This document shows positions 21,570 to 31,900 of a stretch of 64,000 bases of DNA, piece by piece. The notes under the pieces were generated by a model that saw nothing but the letters and a program-made list of their open reading frames with translations, was not told the origin of the DNA and ran no database searches. The stretch is taken from assembly GCA_965279375.1 (NCBI GenBank), contig OZ257156.1:5056001-5120000 (forward strand). The letters run 5' to 3'. The stretch's first letter is position 1. The number at the start of each line of letters is the position of its first letter. The translations under genes were made by a program, and so were the position numbers. The stretch comes from Gemmatimonas sp. (GTDB taxonomy: Bacteria > Gemmatimonadota > Gemmatimonadetes > Gemmatimonadales > Gemmatimonadaceae).

Positions 21570-23348
21570 CTACTGCCCGACCGCAGACCCGTCCCGGCGC
21601 GGGTCCGCGACGCCGATCCGGCGGCCATCCTTGCGGACGAACACTGCGTGCACGCCGCCGAATGTGATGTCCGCAACACGACTCACCGGGCGGTACCCGC
21701 GCGCCACCAGCGCCGCGTACACCGATGGCGCAAAGCCAGGCTCCACCTCGACATCGCGCGTCGGCGAACTGGCGTGAATCCGCGGCGCCGCCACTGCCGT
21801 CCCCGCGTCCTCGCCAAAGGCGAGCACGCGAATCGCGATCTGCGTGATGGCCGGTTGGATGTACTGTGAACCTGCGGCCCCCACCACCAACCGCACCTGC
21901 CCGCCCTCGAGAATCATCGTCGGCGACATCGTCGAGTTGGCGTACCGGTTCACGCCACGCGTGCGCGCGTCGAAGTTGTTGGCCGCCGAATTGAGAAAGA
22001 AGCCGTCCGTGTACACGCCGCTCCCGAACAGCACACCCACGGTCGTCGTCGCGGACACTGCGTTCCCGTCCGCGTCCACCACCGACAAGTGTGACGTCAA
22101 GCTGCCGCCTTCAGCCGGCTCGTTCGCGCCGGAGCTGCCCGACGCGCGCACGCCCTGCGCACCAGCCACTGGATACGGATCGACGGCACACGCGCCGCTC
22201 GGTGCTGCCGCATCAAAGCCCGTCGGATCGCCAGCGGTTACAGTGTCCGCGACGGCGCCGGCGACCAGCGCCGATCGCTGCTTCGCGTACCCCGCGCTGC
22301 TCGCACCGCGCGCCGGAACGCTCTGCGCAAACGGATCGCCGCGCCAGCGTCCGCCGTCCGACTGGCCGATGCGCATCACGTCGGCAAGCTTGGCGATCGC
22401 GTCCGGCGTTTCGGTAAAGCCGCCCGCTGACGTGAGCCCGGAGAACTCCGCCATCTGCAGCATCTCGAGCACGGCCGCACCACCCATCGGCGGCGGCGCA
22501 CTCAGCACGGTGTAGCCGCGCCAATTCGCACAAAGCGGACGCATCGTCGCCACAGGATAGTTGGCCAGGTCGCGCACAGAAATCAGTCCGCCCTGCGACT
22601 TCACCTTGGCGGACAAGCGCTCCGCGATCACACCCGTGTAGAACGCGCTCTTTCCCTCGGCCGCAATGCGCTGCAAAGTGGCCGCCAACTCCGGCTGCAC
22701 CAGCCGGTCGCCCGGGCGCAGTGCTTCGCCGTTGGGCATGAAGCGCATCTTCGCGACTGAGTCGGCGAGCATCTTCTCGCGCGAGGACGCGATCGTCCGT
22801 GAAAGCAGCGGCGTGACGACGAACCCGTCACGCGCAAGCGCAATCGCCGGTGCCATTACCTGTGCGCGTGTGAGCTTTCCGAATCGCGTCTGCGCCTCGA
22901 GCAAACCCGCCACCATCCCCGGCGTGGCCGCGCCGCGACCAGGCCGACGCGCCGCGCGCGATGTGTCCGCCTGCCCCCACGCCGGGTCTTCGCCCGAGCG
23001 CGGATAGAAAGACAGATGCTCTGCACGTTTGGTCTTCGCGTTGTAGAAGGTCAGCGCTCCACCGCCGCCCAGCCCAGTCTGCGAGACATCGACCACCGAG
23101 AGCGCGAATGCCGTTGCCACCGCGGCATCGACGGCATTGCCGCCGATTCGCATCACCGACGCGCCGGCCGCCGCCGCTTCCGGCTGCGACGCCGCAACCA
23201 TTCCACGATCGCCCTCCACACGCTTGCCGGACATCGGCGACGAGCCACCGGCACTGACCGGCGCTCGCGCGCACGCGGACGCGCCGATCGTCAGCGCGAC
23301 GAACGTGAGCGTCGCACCGCGACGCGCGAAGTGCAGAGATTCGTTCAC
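21570..23348 (-). CDS. Gamma-glutamyltransferase-family Ntn hydrolase (exported, divergent substrate pocket)
   Basis: GGNAVDAAVA, GLGGG, TPGMVAGL, L/TSHLSVVDADGNAVSATTT, APRIH, ADPRRDG. Confidence 0.88.
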   Translation of the reverse strand: MNESLHFARRGATLTFVALTIGASACARAPVSAGGSSPMSGKRVEGDRGMVAASQPEAAAAGASVMRIGGNAVDAAVATAFALSVVDVSQTGLGGGGALTFYNAKTKRAEHLSFYPRSGEDPAWGQADTSRAARRPGRGAATPGMVAGLLEAQTRFGKLTRAQVMAPAIALARDGFVVTPLLSRTIASSREKMLADSVAKMRFMPNGEALRPGDRLVQPELAATLQRIAAEGKSAFYTGVIAERLSAKVKSQGGLISVRDLANYPVATMRPLCANWRGYTVLSAPPPMGGAAVLEMLQMAEFSGLTSAGGFTETPDAIAKLADVMRIGQSDGGRWRGDPFAQSVPARGASSAGYAKQRSALVAGAVADTVTAGDPTGFDAAAPSGACAVDPYPVAGAQGVRASGSSGANEPAEGGSLTSHLSVVDADGNAVSATTTVGVLFGSGVYTDGFFLNSAANNFDARTRGVNRYANSTMSPTMILEGGQVRLVVGAAGSQYIQPAITQIAIRVLAFGEDAGTAVAAPRIHASSPTRDVEVEPGFAPSVYAALVARGYRPVSRVADITFGGVHAVFVRKDGRRIGVADPRRDGSAVGQ

Positions 23349-23395
23349 AACATGTGCTCCACCAAGGGTTCGACAGCCATCACCACCAGAAGTCG

Positions 23396-23998
23396 CTACT
23401 CGCCGAGCATCGGAAGCAACTGGCGCACGATACGTTCCGTCAGCCCCCACACGACGTGGTCCTGCACACGGAAGGCGGGGAATCGAGCACGGACGCCGTT
23501 GATCATCATCACATGTTCTGCCTGCGCACGATCATCACGCAATGCGGACAGCGGCACCCAGAACACCGACGCCACTTCCGCGCTCAGCGTGAACTCGACG
23601 TCCGGCGCCACCACCGCCACGAACGGTCGGATGATGATCGGTGGCAGCACGCGCGAGCGCGGTGCGAGGTCATCGAGTCTGCCGAGCATGCGACCGCGAC
23701 GCAGATCGAGCGCGATCTCTTCGCGCGTCTCACGCACGGCCGTGACCTCGAGCGACGCATCGTCCGGCTCCACGCGGCCGCCCGGAAACGCCACGTGTCC
23801 GCTCCACGGATCCCGCTCCAACTCGGCTCGCTTGATGAACAGCAGCTCGGGTTCATCGACCACGCGCAACACGGCGGCAACCGCGGCCAGTCGCGAGGTC
23901 GGCGTTGGCACCGCATCGACAGGCTGTCTCCCTCCCAGCCGCGCGACGAGTCGCGTCAGCGCTGCGTGCTGCAGTGCTGTCGAGACGGCATCCGACAT
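23396..23998 (-). CDS. NUDIX hydrolase (CoA pyrophosphatase type)
   Basis: WSGHVAFPGGRVEPDD..LEVTAVRETREEI, VWGLT. Confidence 0.9.
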   Translation of the reverse strand: MSDAVSTALQHAALTRLVARLGGRQPVDAVPTPTSRLAAVAAVLRVVDEPELLFIKRAELERDPWSGHVAFPGGRVEPDDASLEVTAVRETREEIALDLRRGRMLGRLDDLAPRSRVLPPIIIRPFVAVVAPDVEFTLSAEVASVFWVPLSALRDDRAQAEHVMMINGVRARFPAFRVQDHVVWGLTERIVRQLLPMLGE

Positions 23999-24027
23999 CG
24001 GTGCGCGAGCCCCTGACGAGTCCGCGC

Positions 24028-24390
24028 TCAGTCCGCCACCTCGCCACCCGACGCAACCCAGTCACGGAAGCCGCCGGCCAGCGACGCCACGTTCGCGTAG
24101 CCCATCTCGTCCAGCACGCGCGCCGCCAGCGCCGAGCGATTGCCGCTCGCACACATCAGGACGACTCGCGCCTCACGCGGCACGCGCGCTTCGATCTGCG
24201 ACTCGAGCACACCACGCCCGATGTAGATCGCCGGCGCGGCATGGCCGAGGTTCCATTCGTTCTGCTCGCGGATATCCACCAGCACGATCTCCTCGCCGCG
24301 CCCGAGTTGATCCTGCACTTCACGAGCGGTCACCTCTGTGACGGCGGCCTTTGCCTCGGCGAAGAGTTGCTGCGCTGTCTTGAACGTCAT
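24028..24390 (-). CDS. Rhodanese-like protein
   Basis: LVDIREQNEW..GH, CASGNRS, LAGGF..W. Confidence 0.9.
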   Translation of the reverse strand: MTFKTAQQLFAEAKAAVTEVTAREVQDQLGRGEEIVLVDIREQNEWNLGHAAPAIYIGRGVLESQIEARVPREARVVLMCASGNRSALAARVLDEMGYANVASLAGGFRDWVASGGEVAD

Positions 24391-24417
24391 CGATAGCTCG
24401 ATCGAGTATGTGAAAAG

Positions 24418-25353
24418 TCAGGTCTGCATGGTGCGCTGCCGATGCGTGTGGAGCACGAGCGCATCGGTATCCAGCGTCGCGATCGCACCGAGCGCGAGCG
24501 TCCACTGGTCTGAAATATGGCCGACTGGAATGCCCAGCAGCGCCGGCACGCCCAGAGTATCTGCGCATTCGCGCACGACCGTGTCGAGCGCGCGTCGGCC
24601 GTCGTCGGTGGTCTCGACGCAATCGGTACAGTGCCCGAACGCAATCGCGACGCACTCGTCCAAGGCACCGGACAGCCGCAGTTGCGTCAGCATACGATCG
24701 ACGCGATACGTGGCTTCGTTGATGTCTTCCAGCACCACGATCGCGCCGCGAAAGTCGACAGCCCACGGGGTCCCGCACAGCGACGAGACCAACGCCAGGT
24801 TACCACCCGCCAGCCGACCCGTTGCCGAACCGGGCCGCAACACCACGGCGTCCCCGGCATCGCCCGTTCCATTGTCACCGTGCGTTACGGCGGCCACCAG
24901 CGACGCACGCGAGAACTCGGTCAGTACGGCGCGCGCGGTGGGCGCATGAAACGAAATCACCCCAGCCCGCTGCCATGCGGCATGGAGCGCGGTGATGTCG
25001 GAGTAGCCGAGCAGCGCCTTGGGGTTGCCACGAATGACGGAATCGGAGAGCGCCGGCAGCAGGCGCGCCGCACCGTAGCCACCGCGCAAGCACCAGATGC
25101 CATCGACGCGTGCATCGTTGAGCGCCCACAAGAGATCGCTCGCGCGTTCGGCGTCACTGCCGGCAAAGTACCCGTCCCGATGGAGCGCATGCGGCCCCAC
25201 CACCGGCTCCCAGCCCAGCGATTGCGCCGTCGCCACGGCGCGCTCCACATCGGACTCTCCGCTCAGTGGGCCGGAGGGGCAGATCAGCGCCACACGGGCA
25301 CCTGCCTCGAGGCGCGCCGGTTCGATCAGGGCAGGAGAGACGGCCGAGGTCAT
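24418..25353 (-). CDS. ldcA: LD-carboxypeptidase (S66)
   Basis: RGGYGA, GYSDITAL, GGNL, LEDINE, GH catalytic motifs. Confidence 0.88.
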   Translation of the reverse strand: MTSAVSPALIEPARLEAGARVALICPSGPLSGESDVERAVATAQSLGWEPVVGPHALHRDGYFAGSDAERASDLLWALNDARVDGIWCLRGGYGAARLLPALSDSVIRGNPKALLGYSDITALHAAWQRAGVISFHAPTARAVLTEFSRASLVAAVTHGDNGTGDAGDAVVLRPGSATGRLAGGNLALVSSLCGTPWAVDFRGAIVVLEDINEATYRVDRMLTQLRLSGALDECVAIAFGHCTDCVETTDDGRRALDTVVRECADTLGVPALLGIPVGHISDQWTLALGAIATLDTDALVLHTHRQRTMQT

Positions 25354-25406
25354 CGAGAGAACGTAGTCGCTCCGTACCAACGTTGCCACGACCGTGCATC
25401 AATGCG

Positions 25407-26669
25407 ATGCCGCCCTGCCGACCGACCTGCTCGCTGGCGACCTTTCGGCTCGTGCTCTACTCTGATTCCTCGAAGCTGATCGCTCTGGGTGCCGCCCTCC
25501 CCTGGGTGCTGGTGCCGGCGATTCTCTATCTGCGACTGCGCGCCACGCCGTCGCTCGACGATGTGTCCGCCGAACCGCCGTCGCGTACGGCTGCGCCGCG
25601 AGTGTCAGTGATCCTTCCGGCGCGGAACGAAGCGGCCCATATCGGCGCGTGCGTGCGGTCGATTCTCGACTCCGATTGGCCCGATCTCGAGTTGATCGTG
25701 GTGGACGACCACTCGACGGACGGGACCTCCGCGTTGGCGCATCAAGCGGCGGCTGGCGACACGCGTTTGACGGTGGTTTCCGCGCCCGACTTGCCCGCCG
25801 GCTGGTTTGGGAAGCAGTGGGCGTGCCAGACCGGCTCAGGTCAGGCGACCGGATCGTTGCTGCTCTTCACCGACGCCGATACGCGACACGCGCCCGATCT
25901 GATCACGAGGCTGGTGCAGATGCGCGCTGCACGCGGCGCGGAGCTCATGTCGGTGGCGGGCCGGCAGGACATGGAGACGATCTGGGAGCGTGCGGTACAG
26001 CCGAGTGTGTTCAGCTTGATTTTGCTGCGCTACGGAGGCACCCAGGCGATTGAGCGTGCGTCGCGCGCGTCCGACGTGGTGGCCAACGGTCAGTGTTTCA
26101 TGCTCTCGCGCACGGCGTACGACGCGATCGGAGGACACAACGCGGTGCGCGAGTTCGTGGCCGAAGACTTGATGATGGCGCAGGCGATTTGGGGGACGGG
26201 ATCGCGCGTGTCGCTCGTGCTGGGCATCGGGCAGTTGAGTACGCGGATGTACGACGGACTCGACGCGCTGATGAAGGGGTGGGGGAAGAACGTGTACGCC
26301 GGCGGTCGCTTCGCGATGCGTGGCGGAGCGATGGGGCGCGCGATTTATCCGTTGCTGTTGCTGGCGTTTCCGGCGGGCATTCTGCTGCCGTTTGTGGTGA
26401 GTGTGGGTTTGGGCGTCGTCGTCGCGTTGGCGTCCATCGCGGGAGCCGACTGGTTTGGCGCGACAACGTCGGCGTGGCTGACGTGGGGACTCGTGGCGAG
26501 TGTGGCGGTGCTGCTCACGTTCATGCTGGCCAACCATCTGAATCGTGATGCGCTGAAGCGCGCCTGGCTAGCGCCCCTGGGCGGCGCTGTGTTGTTGGCG
26601 ATCTGCCTGATCGCGATCGTGCGCGGCCGCAACGTGAGCTGGAAGGGCCGCGGGTATCTGACGCGCTGA
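25407..26669 (+). CDS. GT2 glycosyltransferase (CrtQ/CruC/HpnB-like lipid or carotenoid GT); start uncertain
   Basis: VSVILPARNE, VDDHSTDGT, GWFGKQWAC, FTDAD, ANGQ, AEDL, WKGR. Confidence 0.85.
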   Translation: MPPCRPTCSLATFRLVLYSDSSKLIALGAALPWVLVPAILYLRLRATPSLDDVSAEPPSRTAAPRVSVILPARNEAAHIGACVRSILDSDWPDLELIVVDDHSTDGTSALAHQAAAGDTRLTVVSAPDLPAGWFGKQWACQTGSGQATGSLLLFTDADTRHAPDLITRLVQMRAARGAELMSVAGRQDMETIWERAVQPSVFSLILLRYGGTQAIERASRASDVVANGQCFMLSRTAYDAIGGHNAVREFVAEDLMMAQAIWGTGSRVSLVLGIGQLSTRMYDGLDALMKGWGKNVYAGGRFAMRGGAMGRAIYPLLLLAFPAGILLPFVVSVGLGVVVALASIAGADWFGATTSAWLTWGLVASVAVLLTFMLANHLNRDALKRAWLAPLGGAVLLAICLIAIVRGRNVSWKGRGYLTR

Positions 26670-26671
26670 GG

Positions 26672-27517
26672 TTACGCCGTCAGCGTAGCGGCGCGCGCGA
26701 AATATGCCGCGCGCAAGCGTGCACCGAGTGGCCCGGCTGTCCCGTTGGCGATCGTGCGGTCGTCGATCTGCGTGACCGGGAGCAGGAAGCTCGTCGCGCT
26801 GCTCATCAGGCATTCGTCGGCGGTGTACGCCTCATCCACCGTGAAGGTGCGTTCCATGAACGGAACGCCGAGCGATGCGGCCAGCTGCAACGTGACGTCG
26901 CGCGTGATCCCAGCGAGAATCGAGTGCGACAACGGGCGCGTGATCAGTACACCGTCGCGCACGATCCACATGTTGCTCGATCCGCCTTCGGTCACCACGC
27001 CATCTTCGTGCATCAGCGCTTCGAAAGCGCCCGCGGCGCGCGCCGCCTGCTTGGCCAGCACCTGAGCGAGCAAAGCGGTGCTCTTGATGTCGCGTCGGGC
27101 CCATCGAATGTCGGGTACGACGTGCAACCTCACGCCGTTCGCGTTGGGATCGTTGGTGAGCGACTTGTGTCGGGCGTACGCGAACATCGTCGGCGTCACC
27201 ACAGCCGGAAACGGGAAGTCGCGTTCGGCGACACCGCGCGTGATCTGCAGGTACACGAGCCCTTCCTGCACCGCGTTCTGATCCACCAGCGATTGCATCA
27301 CGGTCAACCAGTCGTGCGCTGACTGCGTCATCGGGATCTCGATGGCCGCCAGTGATCGCTCGAGTCGAGCCAGATGCAGATCCGCATCGAGCAGTCGACC
27401 GTTCATGACCGCGGCCACTTCATACACGCCGTCGCCAAAGAGCAGCCCGCGATCGAAGATCGAGACCGACGCGGACTCTTCCGCGACGAACGCACCGTTG
27501 AGCCAGCAAGTCCGCAT
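26672..27517 (-). CDS. dat: D-amino-acid aminotransferase (PLP class IV)
   Basis: DRGLLFGDGVYEV, YLQITRGVAER, RRDIKS, TEGGSSN, ILAGITR. Confidence 0.88.
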   Translation of the reverse strand: MRTCWLNGAFVAEESASVSIFDRGLLFGDGVYEVAAVMNGRLLDADLHLARLERSLAAIEIPMTQSAHDWLTVMQSLVDQNAVQEGLVYLQITRGVAERDFPFPAVVTPTMFAYARHKSLTNDPNANGVRLHVVPDIRWARRDIKSTALLAQVLAKQAARAAGAFEALMHEDGVVTEGGSSNMWIVRDGVLITRPLSHSILAGITRDVTLQLAASLGVPFMERTFTVDEAYTADECLMSSATSFLLPVTQIDDRTIANGTAGPLGARLRAAYFARAATLTA

Positions 27518-27580
27518 GTGTCGAGCGATGAAAGAGGATCGGGTGAAGACGATCACGTGAACATGATCACGCAGCAACGA

Positions 27581-28849
27581 TCACGACGAAAACGACCTGA
27601 TAAGCGCGACGCCGAGCGAGTCGGCGTAGGGTGAAAGGATGCCGAGGAGGGCGCCACCCAACAATACCCAAAGGGCGCTGATTCGGCCGACCAGCAGCAG
27701 GACCAACGATACCACGGCGATCGCCACGCTGAGCGGATCACCCATCGTATCGCGCACGGTCTCGAGCAGCACGATGAAGAGGATCGCGAGCGATCCGGCG
27801 TTCAATCCGTCGAGCGCGGCGGAGGCACGCGCCGACGCCCGTAACTTGGGAACGAGAGGTCCGGAGACTGCCGCGAAGAGAAATGCCGGCAGGAAGATTC
27901 CAACCGTGGCCGCGATCGCTCCGGCGCCGCCCGCGAGCAGATAGCCGACGAACGTCGCAGTCGAAAAAACCGGGCCCGGCGTCACCTGGCCGACCGCGAT
28001 CGCGTCAAGCAGCTGCGTCTCGGTCAGCAAGCCGGTGCCATCGACGAAGGCTCTGCGCACATAGGCGACCAGCACGTAGCCGCTGCCGAACACGGTGCTC
28101 CCGATCCGCGCGAACGACCAGCCGATGGCGGACACGCTGGGCGCACCTTCAGCATGCACGCCACTCGCGGTGGTCACCGCTGAATGCTGAGTCGGCACAT
28201 CTGCCACGCCGACGTTCGAAGGTAGTGAGAACGCGAGCGCCACCAGACCGACCGCGAGCGCACCACACACGATCCGTTCCAGGCGTCCAGCCGTCACGCG
28301 CAACATCGACGCTGAGAGCGCGGCACACAGCAGCACGACCAACTCATGCGCGCCGAGCGCTTGCAAGACGATGCTCGCTACCAGCACACCCAGCGTAGAC
28401 ATCGTTCGCGGTTGCCCCGGCGCCAACCGCCACACCGCAACGCCCAGCACGGCACATACCACCGGCCGCACCCCACCCATGATTGCAGCGACGGCCCCGA
28501 TATCTCCCAACGTCACGTACGCCCACGCCAGCGCCCACACCAGCATGACTGAAGGGACGATGAACGCCACGCCGGCCGCAATCAGCCCTCCCCATCCCGC
28601 CCGACGATGTCCAATCAACATCGCCAGCTCGGTCGAACTCGGACCAGGCAACAACTGAGACGCGCTCAACAGGTCCGCAAACTCCCCGCGCGAAAGCCAC
28701 CCTCGCCTCCGCACAAATTCGTCGTCCATCGCCGAGATGTGCGCAGCAGGCCCGCCGAACGCGGTCGCCCCTAACCGAAGAAAGGCGCGCCACACCTCGC
28801 CCGCACCGTCCACTCGTACTCCCGTGCGCATGCCCATGCGTATGCCCAT
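27581..28849 (-). CDS. chrA: Chromate efflux transporter; start uncertain
   Basis: GATAFGGPAAH, LLPGPSSTEL, FGSGYVL, GQVTPGPVF duplicated CHR domains. Confidence 0.9.
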   Translation of the reverse strand: MGIRMGMRTGVRVDGAGEVWRAFLRLGATAFGGPAAHISAMDDEFVRRRGWLSRGEFADLLSASQLLPGPSSTELAMLIGHRRAGWGGLIAAGVAFIVPSVMLVWALAWAYVTLGDIGAVAAIMGGVRPVVCAVLGVAVWRLAPGQPRTMSTLGVLVASIVLQALGAHELVVLLCAALSASMLRVTAGRLERIVCGALAVGLVALAFSLPSNVGVADVPTQHSAVTTASGVHAEGAPSVSAIGWSFARIGSTVFGSGYVLVAYVRRAFVDGTGLLTETQLLDAIAVGQVTPGPVFSTATFVGYLLAGGAGAIAATVGIFLPAFLFAAVSGPLVPKLRASARASAALDGLNAGSLAILFIVLLETVRDTMGDPLSVAIAVVSLVLLLVGRISALWVLLGGALLGILSPYADSLGVALIRSFSS

Positions 28850-28979
28850 GCACTGCAACGTATCGCGCACCACAACCCGGTCCCGCAACTCGGACCCGTA
28901 AACTCGTCGCGCAATACTGCGGTACAACGCCCACGCTTTCGGTGACGCTCCCCTATCCCGCGCACCGCATGCTGCGCGT

Positions 28980-31900
28980 GTGCTCACCCTCCACGCCGCC
29001 GCCAAGCTCCTCGCCCACGCCGACTCCACCAGTCGGCTCCGACCCCTCGCACGCGCACTCGGCTTCCCCGACCCACCACACCGCACCTCCGCCGACGCAC
29101 GCCGATTGATCGGCCTCGACGCCCTCGTCGAACACGCCGACATCGCACGCGGCCCAGGCGCGCTCCGACTCCTCTGCGCCACACTCGCTCCACACACCGG
29201 CCTCAGTACCACCACGCACACCCGCGAACTGGTCCGACGACTCGGCGTCGCCCTCCTCCGCAACGCCCCGACTCGACGCTGGTGCATCCTCGCCATCGAC
29301 GTCGCACGTACCTCGGTCAACATCGCCACGGTCACGCCGCACTCCGCCGGACCACGCATCGCCATCCTCCGCGTCGATCGCACACACGTGGTCGACTCCG
29401 ATGCCGAAACGCTGCGCGCACTCGCCGCCGTCACCGACGCAGACGACGCGCTACGCCATGCGCGCTTCACCGACATCCTCAAACGCGACGCCCTCTCCAA
29501 TCGCTTCTACCACGAGCTGCAACGCACAGTCACCGCACTCGCCACGACCGCGACCGGCGCAGCGTCGCGCACCGAACGCCGCGAGCTCGCACTGCTCTGC
29601 GCCTCACGCTGTCTGTTCCTCGCCTTCCTCGAAGCCAAAGGATGGCTCAACGGCGATCGCGACTTCCTCCTCACACACGCAACCACCGTGCTCGAACGAG
29701 GCAAATCGCTCCACCAACAACTGCTGCGCCCCCTCTTCTTCGGCACCCTCAACACCCCGCGCACCCACCGCGCACCCGCTGCCCGCAGCTTCGGCGAAAT
29801 CCCGTTCCTCAACGGTGGACTCTTCGCCCCCACCGCGCTCGAACGGAAACGCCACACGCTCCGCTTCGCCGACGACGCAGTCGCTGCACTCATCGGCGAT
29901 CTCATCGATCGCTATCGATTCACCGCACACGAAGACTCCGCGGCCTGGTCCGAAGCCGCCGTCGATCCGGAAATGCTCGGACGCGCCTTCGAATGCCTCA
30001 TGGCTCCCGAAGAACGACGCCGCTCCGGCTCCTTCTACACGCCGCCCACTCTCGTCGACGAAGTCGTGCGCGAAGCCCTCGACGCCACACTCCCCGACCT
30101 CCCGCCGCACGCCATCAGCGACGAGCACTCTCCACTCGAGCTCGACCCGCAAACACGGGAGAAACTCCGCACCCTCCGCATCCTCGACCCGGCCTGCGGA
30201 TCGGGTGCGTTCCTCGTCCACACCCTCGAACGCATCGCCAACCTCCTCCACCGCGCTGGAGACGAGCGACCGCTTCACCAACTTCGGCGCGACACACTCA
30301 CACGCTCGATCTTCGGCGTCGATCGCAATCCAATGGCGGTCTGGCTCTGCGAACTGCGACTCTGGCTCTCCGTCGTCATCGAATGTCCGGAAACCCGCGC
30401 CGCACGCGTTCCCCCACTCCCCAACCTCGATCACCACATCCGCGTCGGCGACTCACTCGCCGGCGGCGACTTTCGCTTCGCACCTCACGCCCCACACAAA
30501 CTCGCCGCGCTTCGCGATCGCTACAGCCGCGCCTCCGGCCTCCGCAAACGCACACTTGCCACGGCCCTCGACCACGAAGAACGCGCCCGCGCCATCGCTG
30601 AATCCACCCAACGACTCGGCGCAATCACCCGCCAACGCGCCACGCTCGTCGCGTCGCTGCGCACGAAAGACCTCTTCGGCCAACGCCGGACCCGCACCGC
30701 GCACGATACGCGACAACTCCTCGAACTGCGCAGCCGCTCCCGCGACGTTGCACGCCAACGACTCGCACTCAGCCTCGGCAATGCACTCCCATTCCGCTTC
30801 GCCGCCCACTTCGCCGATGTCGCCAGCATCGGTGGATTCGACCTGGTCATCGGCAACCCGCCCTGGGTACGCCCCCACGCACTCCCGCTCACCGAGCGGC
30901 AACGTCTGCGCAGCGAATTTCGCACGATGCACGACGCCGCCTGGACCGCCGGCGCCAAACGCGCCGGTGCATCCAGTGGCTTCGCCGCACAAGCCGATCT
31001 GGCCGCCGCCTTCATCGAGCGCGGCACGCAACTCCTCGCGCCATCCGGAACACTCGCGCTCCTCGTTCCCGCAAAACTCTGGCGCGCACTCGCCGGAGGC
31101 GGCACGCGACGCTTCCTCGCCCAGCACACCCGCATCGTCACAGTCCACGACTGGAGCGATGCCCCGCCCCTCTTCGACGCCGCCACCTACCCGTCACTCC
31201 TCGTTGCGCAACGTCTCGCCTCCCACAGCTCCGACATCCAACACAGCACCGCGGTCGATGTCGACTCGCGCACCTCTCCCTCCGAGCTCACACAACTCAC
31301 CACGCTACAAGCGACGAACCACCGCGCGACGCCCCAACCTCAGTACGCGTCGACTCACCGCATTCACATCGCCGTCAGCAAACGCACACGCACCCACCGC
31401 TTCACCACCCCCGCGCACCAACTCACACTCGCTGCCGATCCAGCCGCGCCATGGGTGCTGCTCCCACACCACGCCAGACTCGCCTTCGAACGACTCCGAC
31501 TCGCCGGACCAGCGCTCGGTGATGCCGGCATCGGACGCCCGACACTCGGCGTCAAGTGCGGCTTCAACAAGGCGTTTCTGGTACGCGCCGCCGAACACGA
31601 CGACGATACCGCCTCCATCACCGCCGACACTCGCACCACCGACACGCGCACAGCCGACACGCGCACCGCTGACGCGCGCACCGCCCTCATCGAACGCCTT
31701 CTCCTGCGCCCGGTCCTGCGCGGAGACGGCATCCACACACACACCCACGCGCGCGCCGACGTCACCGATGATCTCCGAATCATCTGGACGCACGACGCCA
31801 CCGGTACACCACTGCGCACACTCCCGCCCGCAGCGACACGCTGGCTCACGCACTGGCGGCGCACCCTCGAGTCCCGACGCGACGCCCGCTCGCGCACACC

